Origin: Octopus sinensis
Lineage: Eukaryota
NCBI RefSeq assembly: GCF_006345805.1
Contig: NC_043013.1
Coordinates: forward strand, 9,858,001-9,922,000
Direction: 5' to 3'
DNA length: 64,000 nucleotides
The notes below the pieces were generated by a model. That model was not told the DNA's origin and made no database searches. It saw only the letters and a program-made list of their open reading frames with translations. Below, in pieces: positions 1-12,545 of the stretch. Each line of letters starts with the position of its first letter. Position 1 is the first letter of the stretch. A program made the position numbers and the translations under genes.

Positions 1-438
1 AAACATTACCCTATATAAAGTTAGCAGTACATCTAAACAAATTGTCCAGTCAGGTTAAGTAGTAGAAAACCGACTGGATTAAATGTAGCATTTCGTAGTA
101 AGCGTCAAGGGGCCCAAATTTGCACATAGGAGCATGGTTGGTTTTTTTTCTTTTTCTTCTTTTATTTTTCGGAAAAAGTCCTTTCATGAGTAAAATATAG
201 TATATATTCGATATGTGGATGCCTGAAATATATGAAATAAGGTAGATCAGATTACGAAACTGAACCCTCATTGTTGAAACTGACAGTGATATACTTTGCA
301 AAAAGATGGTAGAAGAAAATCGACGCGTCAAACAATATGTTACTGAGCCTAGTCCGTGTTCACTTCGTGTCTTATATGGTTGACAAAAGAAACAGGTAAA
401 ATATTAAAGTTGACATCAATCCTCAACAAGCATACATA

Positions 439-575
439 GCCGCAGGCATGGTTTGTGGTAAAAAGCTTGCTTCCCAACCACATGGCCCCGGGTTCAGTCC
501 CACTGCGTGGGACTATACGCAAGATATCCGGCCCTTATGAGCCAGGCATGGCTCGAGAAGGAATTAACAAAACAA
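439..575 (+). mobile_element. SINE group A head joined to a C-like tail
   Basis: The A head (gtggtaaaaagcttgcttcccaaccacatgg..gggttcagtcccactgcgtgg) is followed by ccggcccttatgagccaggcatggctcgagaagg. Confidence 0.6.
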
Positions 576-740
576 TTAATGTTATAAAGTTTAATAATAA
601 ATTTTGAACTTTTTCATCCATTTATTTATTTGTCTGTCTGTCTATCTATTTATCATTATTCATAAAATATATGTCAGCTAAAAGTGGCGGTCCTATAGAA
701 GACGGTGCTACTGTTCTTTTTAGCCACCGGAAGATATTCA

Positions 741-811
<71 letters not shown>

Positions 812-814
812 TGT

Positions 815-1062
815 GGAGGCGCGTGGCTTAGTGGTTAGAGTGTTGAACTCATGATCGTAAGGTTGTGGTTTCGATTCCTGGACCGGACGACGCGTTGTGT
901 TCTTGAGCAAAACACTTCATTTCACATTGCTCCAGTCCACTCAGCTGGCAAAAATGATTAACGCTGCGATGGACTGGTGTCCCATCCAGCTTGTGAACAT
1001 ATACGTCATGAAAACCGGGAAACCGGGCCCATGAACCTGGCTAGGCTTTAAAAGGGTGCATT
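815..1062 (+). mobile_element. tRNA-derived SINE, group C
   Basis: The head GGAGGCGCGTGGCTTAGTGGTT...GGTTTCGATTCC has A and B boxes. It is followed by a central gttgtgttcttgagcaaaacacttc segment and a tail gcgatggactggtgtcccatccag...ctggctaggctttaaaaggg that is shared with 56295-56607. Confidence 0.85.
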
Positions 1063-1078
1063 TAAGTTATTTAGTGTA

Positions 1079-1292
1079 AGGCGGTGAGCTGGAAGAACCA
1101 GAAGCATGCCAGGCAAAATGCATAGCGGCATTTCGTCGGTCTTTATGTTCTGAGTTCAAATTCCGCTGAAGTCGACTTTACCTTTCATACCCTTTCGAGA
1201 TGAAAGCTTATCGAATGAATTGTGCATGGAATTCAAAATGTACTGTGTTATCCCCTGAAATTGCTGACCTTGTGGAAAAGTTGAAATCAATA
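1079..1292 (+). mobile_element. SINE group B, degenerate
   Basis: aggcggtgagctgg...gttctgagttcaaattccgctgaagtcgactttacctttcat matches the B copies elsewhere in the window. Confidence 0.75.
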
Positions 1293-1471
1293 TTTGTGTA
1301 GTGTGAATGTGGGAAATATATGGCTAAGGAGCTCGCTTTGCAATCATGTGGTTTCGGGTTTAGTCCCACTGCGCTCCAATTTAGGCATGAGTCTTCTGCT
1401 ATTCTCGGGTCAGCCAATAACTTTTAAGCGAATCTGTTTGGCAGAAGCTATGCGAAAGCCCATCATATGCC

Positions 1472-1530
<59 letters not shown>

Positions 1531-1649
1531 TGTGCAGGGCCATTTGCAGTGGAGAAATTGTGTCGAAATGTTCTTACGTGATGTGATCTCGACGTTTGTT
1601 GGGGACGCATTGCACGGGGCCTAGTCTTGAGTGAATTGTGAACATAATA

Positions 1650-1746
<97 letters not shown>

Positions 1747-1866
1747 ATATATATATATGTATATATATATATGTATATATATGTATATATATATGTATGT
1801 ATGTATGTATATATATGTATATATATATATGTATGTATTATGTATGTATGTATCTATGTATGTATA

Positions 1867-3447
1867 CCGTTGTGGCCAATGATTTTGTCAAAGGCGTTAT
1901 TTTGTACCAAAAATATATAAACATGCCTATCTAAGGCAAAAGGTTGATTTGTTTGAGCGCGTATTAACGAAGAATAATCTCGCACTCGAACCACATGAAC
2001 AATAATAAGACGTGATACACAGTTATTCAACTTCCTCTCAATATTTGCAGTGGCGACCCCTATTTTTTGAGACGCCCATGATTTGTCTAGGTATTTTGAA
2101 AACCAATGATTCAGTCAGTTCTATGTTTATAAAACCTCCATTCTTGCTGTACGACAACATTCAACTGTTCAATATTTGATCTACTCGGTCAACTCGGATT
2201 CTGAAGATGGACAACACATCTTCAATATGATTTAAATTTGGAGAATTTCCCGGCCAAGGCTCCAAAATGTTAATACCTTTACCTCCAAGATGCCTTTTAA
2301 TCTTTTTAGCAGTGTGGCAAGGTGCTCCACCTTGCTAGAAAATGCAAGTTTCTTCGTTAAACTGCTTCTCAATGGTTGGAAGGAGATGGTTTTCAAGGAT
2401 ATTTTGGTACCATATAGAATTCATAGAAGTGTTTTTCAGCAAAACTGAGTGATTCAACACCCTTAGATGAAAAGCAACTCCATACATGAATGATTTCTGG
2501 ATGCCTGATCGTGAACACGATACAGGCCACATCATAGCGTTCACATTTTGCCTTCTAACGAGCCTTTTTCCATATATCCCAAACAACTAAAATGGGGCTC
2601 CATCAGAATAAAATTACTTTGTTCAATAGTTCACTAGATCAATTTTTATATTTTCTACAAAAGCAAGCCTGTCCTTCACGTTTCTTATGGACAAAAGAGG
2701 TATCCTTGTAGCACTTCGTGAAGCGAGACCATTGTCAAGAAATCGTCGTCTAACCGTCCGAGCTGAAACGCTGACACCGGCTGATACCCACTCTTTAGCA
2801 AGTTGTTTGCTTCCAGCACTTCGATTCCTCAATGAATTTCTCACCAAGGCACAGTCTTGGTGGTTAGAGGGACAGAAGTTGATGACCAAGGGCCCTCTTC
2901 ACCGTCATGGATCCTGTCTCTTTCAAGTTTTTTTTTTATATATATAATCCTGTACACAGTTCTTTCAAATGCAATACCTTTAGCAACAATATCCTGTGTT
3001 GTTGGGCGATTTTTGGTGGAAATAAATTATTGACTGACGTTTTTCTTGTGCCAATACCAACCCTGCAATAAGAGAAAGTAAAATTTGAAGTTTTTGTGAG
3101 GAGAAAAAGCATTTATTAATTAAAAATCAAGCATAAAAGGCTCCTGACATCCTGACATCATACTTTACTTACTGTTCTGGATATTAAGTATTATTATAGT
3201 TTGCATGCGATCCCGATTTGAAATCATGAAGAGGAATGTGATTTCCACTTGTAGGAAATATAACCAATTCCGCAAACTGATGATTATTTGCCGTATCTAT
3301 TGGCTTTTCGACAGTTTTTCCCCAAATCTTAGTGGATAACAGATAACCTGTTAAAATTATATTAAATCATGAGAATTCACATGATATTTCACATGAAATA
3401 GCAAAAAAAGAGAAACACGGTGTTTGCCGAAATCATTGCCGGAGCAG
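1867..3447 (-). mobile_element. Full-length decayed Tc1-like DNA transposon (~1.58 kb) with short imperfect TIRs and TA flanks
   Basis: The left end reads TA|ccgttgtggccaatgattttgtcaaa at 1867. The right end read on the minus strand is TA|ctgctccggcaatgatttcggcaaa, ending at 3447. A transposase remnant lies between them. Confidence 0.85.
2038..3060 (-). pseudogene. Tc1-type transposase pseudogene (~340 codons, stops and frameshifts), DD35E spacing
   Basis: Fragments in order: (L)VLAQEKRQSIIYFHQK...RTVYRII..KNLKETGS; VSVSARTVRRRFLDNGLASRSATRIPLLSIRNVKDRLAF (HTH); YSDGAPF (D1); WYQNILENHLLPTIEKQF; F*QGGAPCHTAKKIKRHLGGKGINILEPWPGNSPNLNHIE (D2 mutated to G, then E); KNRGRHCKY* with stop at 2040-2038. 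Confidence 0.9.
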
Positions 3448-3574
3448 TATATGCTGCTCGAAATTTTAAATCATATCGTAATACTGCTAAGCATTTTGTG
3501 CAGAATAATGAAGATTCAATCAGCTGTTACCTTCTTCAGAATAATAATTATTTCTTCTATTGGAATAAGGTCTG

Positions 3575-3775
3575 AAATTTGGGGCGTGGGGAGATTGTTA
3601 GTTGAGGACATCGCTTCCCGGTGCTTGACTGGTACTTATTTTATCGACCCCCAAAACGATGTAAGACAAGGTCCACCTCGGTATAATTTGAACTTAAAAC
3701 GTAAAGAGCAGGAAGAAATATCACAAAGCATTTTGTTCGACATACTAACAATTATGCCAGCTTGCCGCTTAGGAT
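3575..3775 (-). mobile_element. SINE group B, degenerate
   Basis: actggtacttattttatcgaccccc...cctcggtataatttgaactt is the reverse complement of the B body. Confidence 0.65.
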
Positions 3776-4159
3776 GATGATAATGAGAATAATAATAATA
3801 ATGATAATAACAATGGGGGCCTTGTGCCTATGTAAAAAAAAAGAAAAAGAAATCAATGCCTTCACAGATATGACGAACGTTGAAGCGGGAGAATAGTCAA
3901 TGAGTCGAAAATGCAGCAAGGAAGAGCGGTCGTAAAGAAAATATACGCTTTATCTTAAGTGTGAAAGCAATTAATGAGCAATTGTCGGTGTAATTTCCAT
4001 CTTAAAAACGCCATTTGTAATGATGTTTATGCAATAGAATAAATATAAAAACTGGAGTAAGAGAGATATAAATACAACGGTGGAAGACATAGATAAATAA
4101 ATGAAGAGATAAAAAGTTTTATTTCTTGCTCTTTACCTAGCTGACTTATCTTATTTGGT

Positions 4160-4218
<59 letters not shown>

Positions 4219-4412
4219 GCGTTAAGTATATATACATACACGTTTATATATACATATACGTATATACCATGTTTCTATATGTGTTCGCATATCTATACAT
4301 ACACATACAAATATATACATTTGTATAAGTCTGTATGTATATGCATACATATATATTCATATACATTTGTGCCAACATAAACTTGTATATACAAGCGTGT
4401 ATGCATACATAC

Positions 4413-4443
<31 letters not shown>

Positions 4444-4526
4444 GATATATTCTATAAGTATATATGTATATATGTGGGTGTGTATAAGTATATATATATA
4501 TGTGTATGTATGTCTCTCTCTATATA

Positions 4527-4573
<47 letters not shown>

Positions 4574-4976
4574 ATAAACTTTTTTGTTTACACGGTGTGG
4601 TTGAATATGTTGCTATTTGTTGTCATCGTTTATTACTATTAGTATTACAACTAACAATGATATTATTATTATTATTATTATTATTATTGTTGTTGTTGTT
4701 GTTGTTGTTATTTCCATTGTTACTGTTCTCTTTGTATTTGTCGTTCTTAGCAGTAGTTATTGTTGTTGCTGTTGTTGTTGCTTGTTATTGTTATTGTTAT
4801 TGGACCTCCATCTGGCCTCGCTCTTCAATAACTGACGTTTTAGTTGACTCTTTATGGCTGTTGCTGCATCAAATATACATTCACATGCGTTTATTATCTA
4901 CGTAAAATGAATTTAAATGCTTCGCACAATAAACTATGTCACAAGTTGGAATAAAATCTAATGAAATCGATCTCGT

Positions 4977-5026
<50 letters not shown>

Positions 5027-5136
5027 GTTTGCATATAGCCTTAGTTTTTAAACAATGATTAAAATAAATTTGTTACTGTATAAAACAAAAACTGGAAACG
5101 AAACGGAAAAGAATTTATCGCAACTGGCGATTCGCA

Positions 5137-5201
<65 letters not shown>

Positions 5202-5637
5202 CGTATGTGCGTGCGTGTGTGTGCGTGTGTGTGTGTGTGTGTGTGCGTATCCAAACGTTCAATTACTACACTGGTTGTGAATATTTACTTCTTCATTAAA
5301 TATCAAGTTAACATATCATCAATGCTATATGGTTTTGGTGTTTAACGAGATGACCATATTCTAAGAATGTATGAATTAATCGCAAACAGCCTCTAATTTC
5401 GGCTACTAAAAATACTTGTTTAACGCTACTGGTTTGGAAAATGATTTCTGTTGGCTGAAAGCAATTTTGCTCTGACATGTGTAGAAGAAACTTTCCTACG
5501 CATTCATCTCCGTATCTAGTGGTAATTACAAAATATAAAATGAGGCGTATATATATATATATATATATGTAAATACATACATATACATACACACATATAC
5601 ATACATATACATAGATATATGTATATCTATATCTATC

Positions 5638-5668
<31 letters not shown>

Positions 5669-5675
5669 CTATCTA

Positions 5676-5743
<68 letters not shown>

Positions 5744-5768
5744 AGTGTGTGTGTGTGTGTGTGTGTGT

Positions 5769-6180
5769 AGGAGCAGGAGTGGCTGCGTGGTAAGTAGTTT
5801 GCATATCAATGACATGGTTCCGGTTTCAGTCCCACTACGTAGCAGATTGGGCAAGTGTCTTCTTCTATAGCATCGGGCCGATCAAAGCCCTGGGTGTGGA
5901 TTTGGTAGACGGAAACGTAAAGAAGCCCGCCGTATACACACACACCCATATATATATATATATATATATGCGTATGCATGTATGTATATGTTTGTGTGTC
6001 TGTGTTTGTCCCCCACCATCGCTTGACACCGAGACACCGATGCTGGTGTGTTTACGTCCCCGTAACTTAGCGACAGAATAAGTGCTAGGCTTACGAAGAA
6101 TAATTCGTGGGGGTCAATTTTTTCGACTAAAGGCGGTGCTCCAGCATAGCTACAGTTAAATGACTGAAACAAATAAAAGA
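5769..6180 (+). mobile_element. tRNA-derived SINE group A with internal microsatellite
   Basis: Head ggagtggctgcgtggtaag...ggtttcagtcccact, then ttgggcaagtgtcttc, an internal (CA)/(TA)/(TG) tract and a 3' half ending ggcggtgctccagcat...gactgaaacaaataaaaga. Confidence 0.9.
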
Positions 6181-6239
<59 letters not shown>

Positions 6240-7931
6240 CAGACACACACATATATATATATATATGTATTTATATGGAAACAGACAGACATATAGTTAA
6301 ACACCTGCACAAGTATATACATGCAAACACACGAGCGCACACACAGAGATATATATATATAGAAGAGGGGCTTCCACTTTTGCCTTTCTAACTCACTCAG
6401 AAAGCATTGGACGATATAGAGTTAGAGTAGAAGACAGAAGGTCAAATAGTTACGCAGTTATATTGAGCATTAAATCCTGTTGTCTTGAATCAGAATTCTT
6501 AACCTCAGACCGGTTTAATCAATTGAACAATCACTGCATACATTTCAGTAAAGTATCATATATTTCTTTATGCCAAGAAAATTTGGACAGCTTCTTCAAA
6601 GTTTCAAACTAATTATTTTCGCCAGACCGTAAGGTGCTTCTAGGTTTCGGAGCAAAGTATCTAGCCACACTGTCAACAGTTTTCTACAATAAATACCATA
6701 ATATAAAGGAAAAGGCTGATAATGTCTTCGACGTTTCGGATTACTTTCCTTTGCCAGTCGATAGGGTACATTTGGTATTTCGAGACTAGCATATATGTTT
6801 GGTGCAAGTTGTGGATTAAATAATGTGGCTGAAAATAAGTGTGATATATTTGTGTATTTTTGAGGAAAATAAAGAAATGCATTTGTTCATAGCTTCAATG
6901 GGCTGGCGAGAATAATTATCCTGTAGCGAAAACAGATGAATAAAAGCGGAAGTAAAAATCAGAAAAAAGAAGGCAAAGGTTTATGAGTTGATGGTGGTGG
7001 ATAGAGAGGAAAGGAAACAATGAAACGCCAAAAGTAAATTATGAAAATCTTGAAACAAAATGTTTAAGAAATTTCTGGAAAAGTCTGAATTAAACTCATT
7101 TTTGACGGGCTATAAGTAAGTTAAGGATAACGATGATGATGATGTGGGTGTGGAAGCGTGATTATAAAAATTAATGCTGATAATAAGTATTATGATACCA
7201 CGACGCTGGTGTTGAATCTAATGAAGATAAACACAATATCATTTTCATTATGTAGCTTATATTATTTTAAAAGAAATATAAAAAAAAGAAACCCCGAAAA
7301 ATCTCAATACTATCTCCTTTTGGACTGATTATTTATTACAACTCTTTGCCCATCTCTCTATATCCATATACCGTTAATTATTTCAAATTATACATTAATT
7401 TATAATTTTCAAGATATTGATTCAATTTTCTCCTTTATTTCTGTCATTCTTTTATTTCATTAATTCTCTCCAACACGCATTGATTAAAAATGAAATATAA
7501 ATGAAACGAGAATAAAACATGAAAAATACATTTGGGTTTTGCTTCCACGCACGCGGAAGACAGTAAGTGGGCTAAATCTAGTTACAGTAAGTATCAAGTG
7601 TCGCTACATAACCACTGTTCGTCGTGTGTTTCGTTATACTCTTCATATATTTTTGTTAATTACTTATTTTATAATTTTATAATTTGTCCCCATTGCAATT
7701 CTATTTTGCCCGAATCAGTGAATTGGTGTACCAGACAAACACTTGTCAACATATCGGACAAAAGTTTTGGGGCATTTCTTTCGAGTGCAAATTCCGCTGC
7801 GATCGACTTTGCTTCCATATTTTAGAAATCGGTAAACTAATTAGCAATCAACAAATGGAAGCGATGTCCTTGGTTTCTCCACTACCACTAATTGCTAGTC
7901 TTGTGACAAAACTTGTAAACAATTATTATTA

Positions 7932-8148
7932 AGTGGCGAGCGGAATGAATCGTAAGAATGGTGGACAAAATTCTTCGCAGTGTTTCGTCAGTCTTTATGT
8001 TCCATGTTTAAATTCTATCGATTTTGGCTTTCTCTTTCATCCTTTCGGGGTCGATAAAATAATTTCTTGTTCAGCCCTAGTGTTATTAATCGACTAAGCC
8101 CCTCCAACGAACTGTCAGGCCTTGTGCCTTTAGAAAAAAAAGGATTAT
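7932..8148 (+). mobile_element. SINE group B (tail T2), degenerate
   Basis: ctttcatcctttcggggtcgataaaat...caggccttgtgcctttagaaaaaaaaggattatt. Confidence 0.7.
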
Positions 8149-8264
8149 TGATATTCGCATTTAACTTTTACATTTTTCAATCGGTTTTTCGCCTACACAC
8201 ATACACACACACATTTGTATACGTGTGTGTGTGTATGTATATATGTGTGGGGTGGGGTGTACAT

Positions 8265-8975
8265 ATGCGTGGCTGTGCGGTAAGAAGTTTACTTCCCAAT
8301 CACATTGTTCTTCCAGGTTCAGCCCGACTTAACAACTTTGGCAAGCGGTTTCTACTATAGGCAGACACAATCTGACCAAAGTCTCGAGAGTAGATTCAGT
8401 AGACGGAAACTGAAAGAAGCCTGTCGTATATATCTGTATATATATATCTATGTGTCTATGTCTTTGTGTCTGTGTTCGTTCCCCACTTTATGTTACAAAA
8501 ATGAAAAAAAAAAAGATATATATATATATAGGCGTGGATGTGAGGTAAGATGCTTGCTTCCTAACCACATGGTTCCGAGTTCAGTCCCATAGCATCAAAC
8601 CTTGATGAATTGTCTTCTACTATAGTCTCGGGCCGACCAAAGCCTTGTGAGTGGAATTGGTTGACGGAAACAGAATGAAGACCGTCGTATATATCTCTCT
8701 CTATATATATGTGTGTGTGTGTATGTGTGTGTGTGTGTGTGTGTTTGTATCTGAGTTCGCCGTCCCCACCTTACCTTGAAAACCAATGTTGCTGTGCTTA
8801 TGTCCCCGTAACTTTGCGGTTCGCCAAAAACGCGGAATCAAGTAAATACAAGGCTTAGCAAAATAATTAAGTACTGGGATCGATTCATTCGACTAAAAAT
8901 TCTTCAATGTGGCGCCTCATCATGGCTGCAGTCTAATGACTGAAGCATGTGAAAGAATAACAGAATAAAAGAATA
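8265..8975 (+). mobile_element. Two adjacent SINE group A copies (8265-8490 partial; 8531-8975 near full length)
   Basis: Both have the A head and the gtagacggaaactgaaagaagcc motif. The second also has the 3' half. Confidence 0.8.
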
Positions 8976-9433
8976 CATATATATATTACTTTCTCTCTCC
9001 GTCTTATAAATTCCCTTAGCATTATTTTCTTCTATACATTATTCTTCCGTCCCTGCCCATTAATATACAATATAAATTATTGTAGATATCTGGCGAAACA
9101 TCTTGACGTATAAAATATTTGCATTTTATATTGAAGGAATCTTTATTGTTTATGCTGTTTTCGTTTAGGATTGCTGGAAAGGTCTCTTTTTAAACTTTGC
9201 TTTCTTTTCTTTTTCTTTTTTTTTTTTAAACACAACTATATTTAGCTAATATCTCAAGCACAGAATAGACAGGAAAATAATGCACGCGCGTGCAAAGCGT
9301 GTGTATAATAAACCACTTTCTTTTTTTACAGACTCATAATTTAGAAAACAAAGATTTAAAGAAAATTCATTTGCTAACTCCGCCATACAGCACTATGGCG
9401 CTGAACTTAATTACTAGTGCGAAAAAATCCGGG

Positions 9434-9464
<31 letters not shown>

Positions 9465-9840
9465 TGTATGTATGTATGTATGTATGTATGTATGTATGTA
9501 TCTATCTATCTATCTATCTGTCTATCTATCTATCTATCTATCTATCTATAGATTGATAGATACGGTATACATACATACGCTTGGCTCTGTGGGTGCTTGT
9601 GTTCATTACCAACAACTTGTAAATGTCATTTCACTTATCTTTTGTATAAATCTAGGCAAAGTGGCAAAACTAGCAAGCGAAGCAATTTCATGAAAAAAGA
9701 CCTTTAATGAGTCATTCAACCTCCTAAAGAAAGGAGCAGCCAAATTTTCTTTAGATTATATTCCTGTTCTCATTTAAACTGAACGAGCTATTGGACAATG
9801 TACTCTTACTTATTTTGTATTTGGAAGAAAAGTATATATA

Positions 9841-9995
9841 GGCGCGTGAGTGGCCGTGTGGTAAGAAGTTTGTGTTCCAACCACATGATTCAGTGTTCAG
9901 TCCTACTGCATGGCAATGTGGGCATGTCTTCTACTATAGACTCGGACCAACTAAAAGCCTTGTGAGTGGATCTGGTAGACAGAAACTAAAATAAA
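9841..9995 (+). mobile_element. SINE group A 5' half
   Basis: ggcgcgtgagtggccgtgtggtaagaag...gttcagtcctactgc...ccttgtgagtggatctggtagacagaaact. Confidence 0.8.
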
Positions 9996-10536
9996 TGAAT
10001 AAAAGAATTATAAAATGTAGGCACGATTTTCACTATCAGTATTCTATAGATCATTGTTCTACACGAGCAGATGTGACATGATGTTAAACAGCAACTAAGG
10101 CATCATAGAAAATAATGCATTCTTCTATAAGCTCAAGTCCTGAAATTTTGTGGGGGTGAACTAATGCATTTTATCAAGCACGGTGCTTGATCAGTAGTTG
10201 TGTATTTCTCTAAAACTATATACCTCGAGCAAGGCCTAGTGCTGCCATCTCTAGCCAAGGTTAGTCTGTGCCAATGAAGGGAAATAACCGAAAAACCTTA
10301 AAAGCTACCGTTTAAGGCTGAGTGGTAACATTAGCTCTTTTCTTCGAGGTATACGGATGCAGTTGTGTGTCGATAGCCAGCTGGAAAAGATGTTTTCAAG
10401 GGGCTAAAATATAAGATAGTAACACCGTCCTAATCAGGACTGCCACTTTACGTTGGCAAATAGGCTTTACTCTATAGTACTGTTACTACTTATTTCTCGT
10501 TCAGAGATTTAAAAGTAATTGGTTTTCTCCTAATTT

Positions 10537-10588
<52 letters not shown>

Positions 10589-11626
10589 TATGAAAAAGAT
10601 GTGTTATAATACTATTACACAGCCATATCAACAATCAAACATACCTCCATCATCAGCTGCCACAGGGATATCCTTGTGGTTTCGACACCTCGCCACTACT
10701 AGTCAATCCGGTGATGTCAACAGCACTAAAATCAGTGTTGTTTGGGAACAAACAAGACAAAGAGACCACAACATTCAAACACATTCCCCCTATGTACAAC
10801 CGTATCAGTAAATAAATTCTCTAAGTAAATTACAACCATCTTCTAAATACGTAACTAAACAGCGACAATCTATTAAGTCATACAAAAATTAAAATTCCTA
10901 CTGTCTTCCATAGTATAATATAAAAGTGAAAGCTTAACAACCGCATTCATTCAATCAATTTATTTGCAGGATTAAACACTAACTTTAATAAAACTACAAC
11001 AAAGAAACACACAAACCAATATACAATATATCGGTAATAATAATAAACTGCATCAACTAAATTATGTGCTAAATCGCGACCACTCTTTACGTCCATACAA
11101 ATAATAATCCTACCAGTCTTCCATAGTTACTACTAGAATGAAAGTTAAGTCTTTATATAAATCTCAAGTAATAATCATAATGAGTGAAATACATTATTTT
11201 ATTATTCAAAAGTTAATAAAATTCTATATACTCATTAACATATCACTACTACAAGCTATAATATTAAATTATCAGTAACTAATAGAAACATTAGATTTCT
11301 TTAAATAAGATCTAATAAAAGTACTTGTAATAAACTATTATTATTAAACTTTGCTATGTTTAAAGCCAATTAAAACTGTTTAAAAGATACTAAAACTACA
11401 AACATTAACACTTACATATATATATATATATATATATATAAATATATTATATATATTTATATAACATTTATATATATAATATATAAACATATATATATAT
11501 ATATATACATTCTGTATATATATATATACATTATATATATATACATATATATACACACACACACGCGCGCGCGCGCACACACACACACACATACACGCAC
11601 ACACACTCACACACACACACACACAC

Positions 11627-11668
<42 letters not shown>

Positions 11669-12244
11669 GGCAAATAAGAAAATGGAGAGGATACAAAATC
11701 GACAGACATCAGCCGGTAAACTTTCTAGTATATCTATTTATTCCTATGTATTAGATGAATACATACACATTTATTAGTGGTACAGAATATTAAAGAGAAT
11801 GAGATGGCAATTGCAAGAACAAAGGTGTGGAAGCATATAATCATATAGGAACAGATGATTAATTAAGTAAATGAGCAAATGAACAGATTGACAGTAGTTG
11901 CCAAGAGGCAACGAAATCTTCTAGGTTATCTCCATTCTTCAGTGTTATTTAGGGATGAGCAGGTAAGGCTTGGATAATGAATGTGCCTCTAGGCTTCTTC
12001 AGAGGGTCAAAGTGGTTGGGAGAGCTAACATATATGAAAAACAGTTAATAATTGCTACAGTTTGTCTTTTTAAAAAAGGGTAGAGAGAGAGAGTAGGAGT
12101 AAGAATAAGAACAAACATGAGGATGTGAGTGAAGTACATCTTAATGTAATGATTTGGGTATAGTAAGAGGTAATGATTTGTGTACAGAGTGGTATACAAG
12201 GAAAGGTATAAGTAATGAACCTCAGTACTTACTTTTGAAATATA

Positions 12245-12545
12245 TATTCTTTTGGCTTATTTTGTCGAACCGCTAAGTTGCATGCACTTAAACACACCGA
12301 AGCCAGTTGTCAAGCAGTGGGTGGGGCGTGTGGGGCGCACTTACACACTCACATGTATGTATGTGTGTATATGTATGTATGTTTGTATGTACTTCGGGCT
12401 TCTTTCAGTTTGCATCTACCAAATCCACTCACAAAGTCGGCCCGAGGCTATAGTGGAAAACACTTGCTCAAGTTGCCACACAGTGGGACTAAACCCGAAC
12501 CCTCGTGATTTTTAAGGAATATTCTTACACAGCCACGCCTGTACC
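12245..12545 (-). mobile_element. SINE group A, partial
   Basis: Reverse complement of the A head and body with an internal (TG)/(TATG) tract. Confidence 0.8.

Noticed and set aside
815-890. tRNA genes at SINE heads (also 27600-27671, 49692-49765, 56530-56607)
   Set aside because: They have A and B boxes but run into SINE bodies and lack a full cloverleaf.
6720-6770. Minus-strand gga-aagtaa-tcc-gaaacgtc as a hammerhead
   Set aside because: The core 5' half is too degenerate (ctggcaa) and there is no stem I.
10590-11400. AT-rich strand-skewed block as a mitochondrial insertion
   Set aside because: No mitochondrial protein, rRNA or tRNA motif could be recognised.
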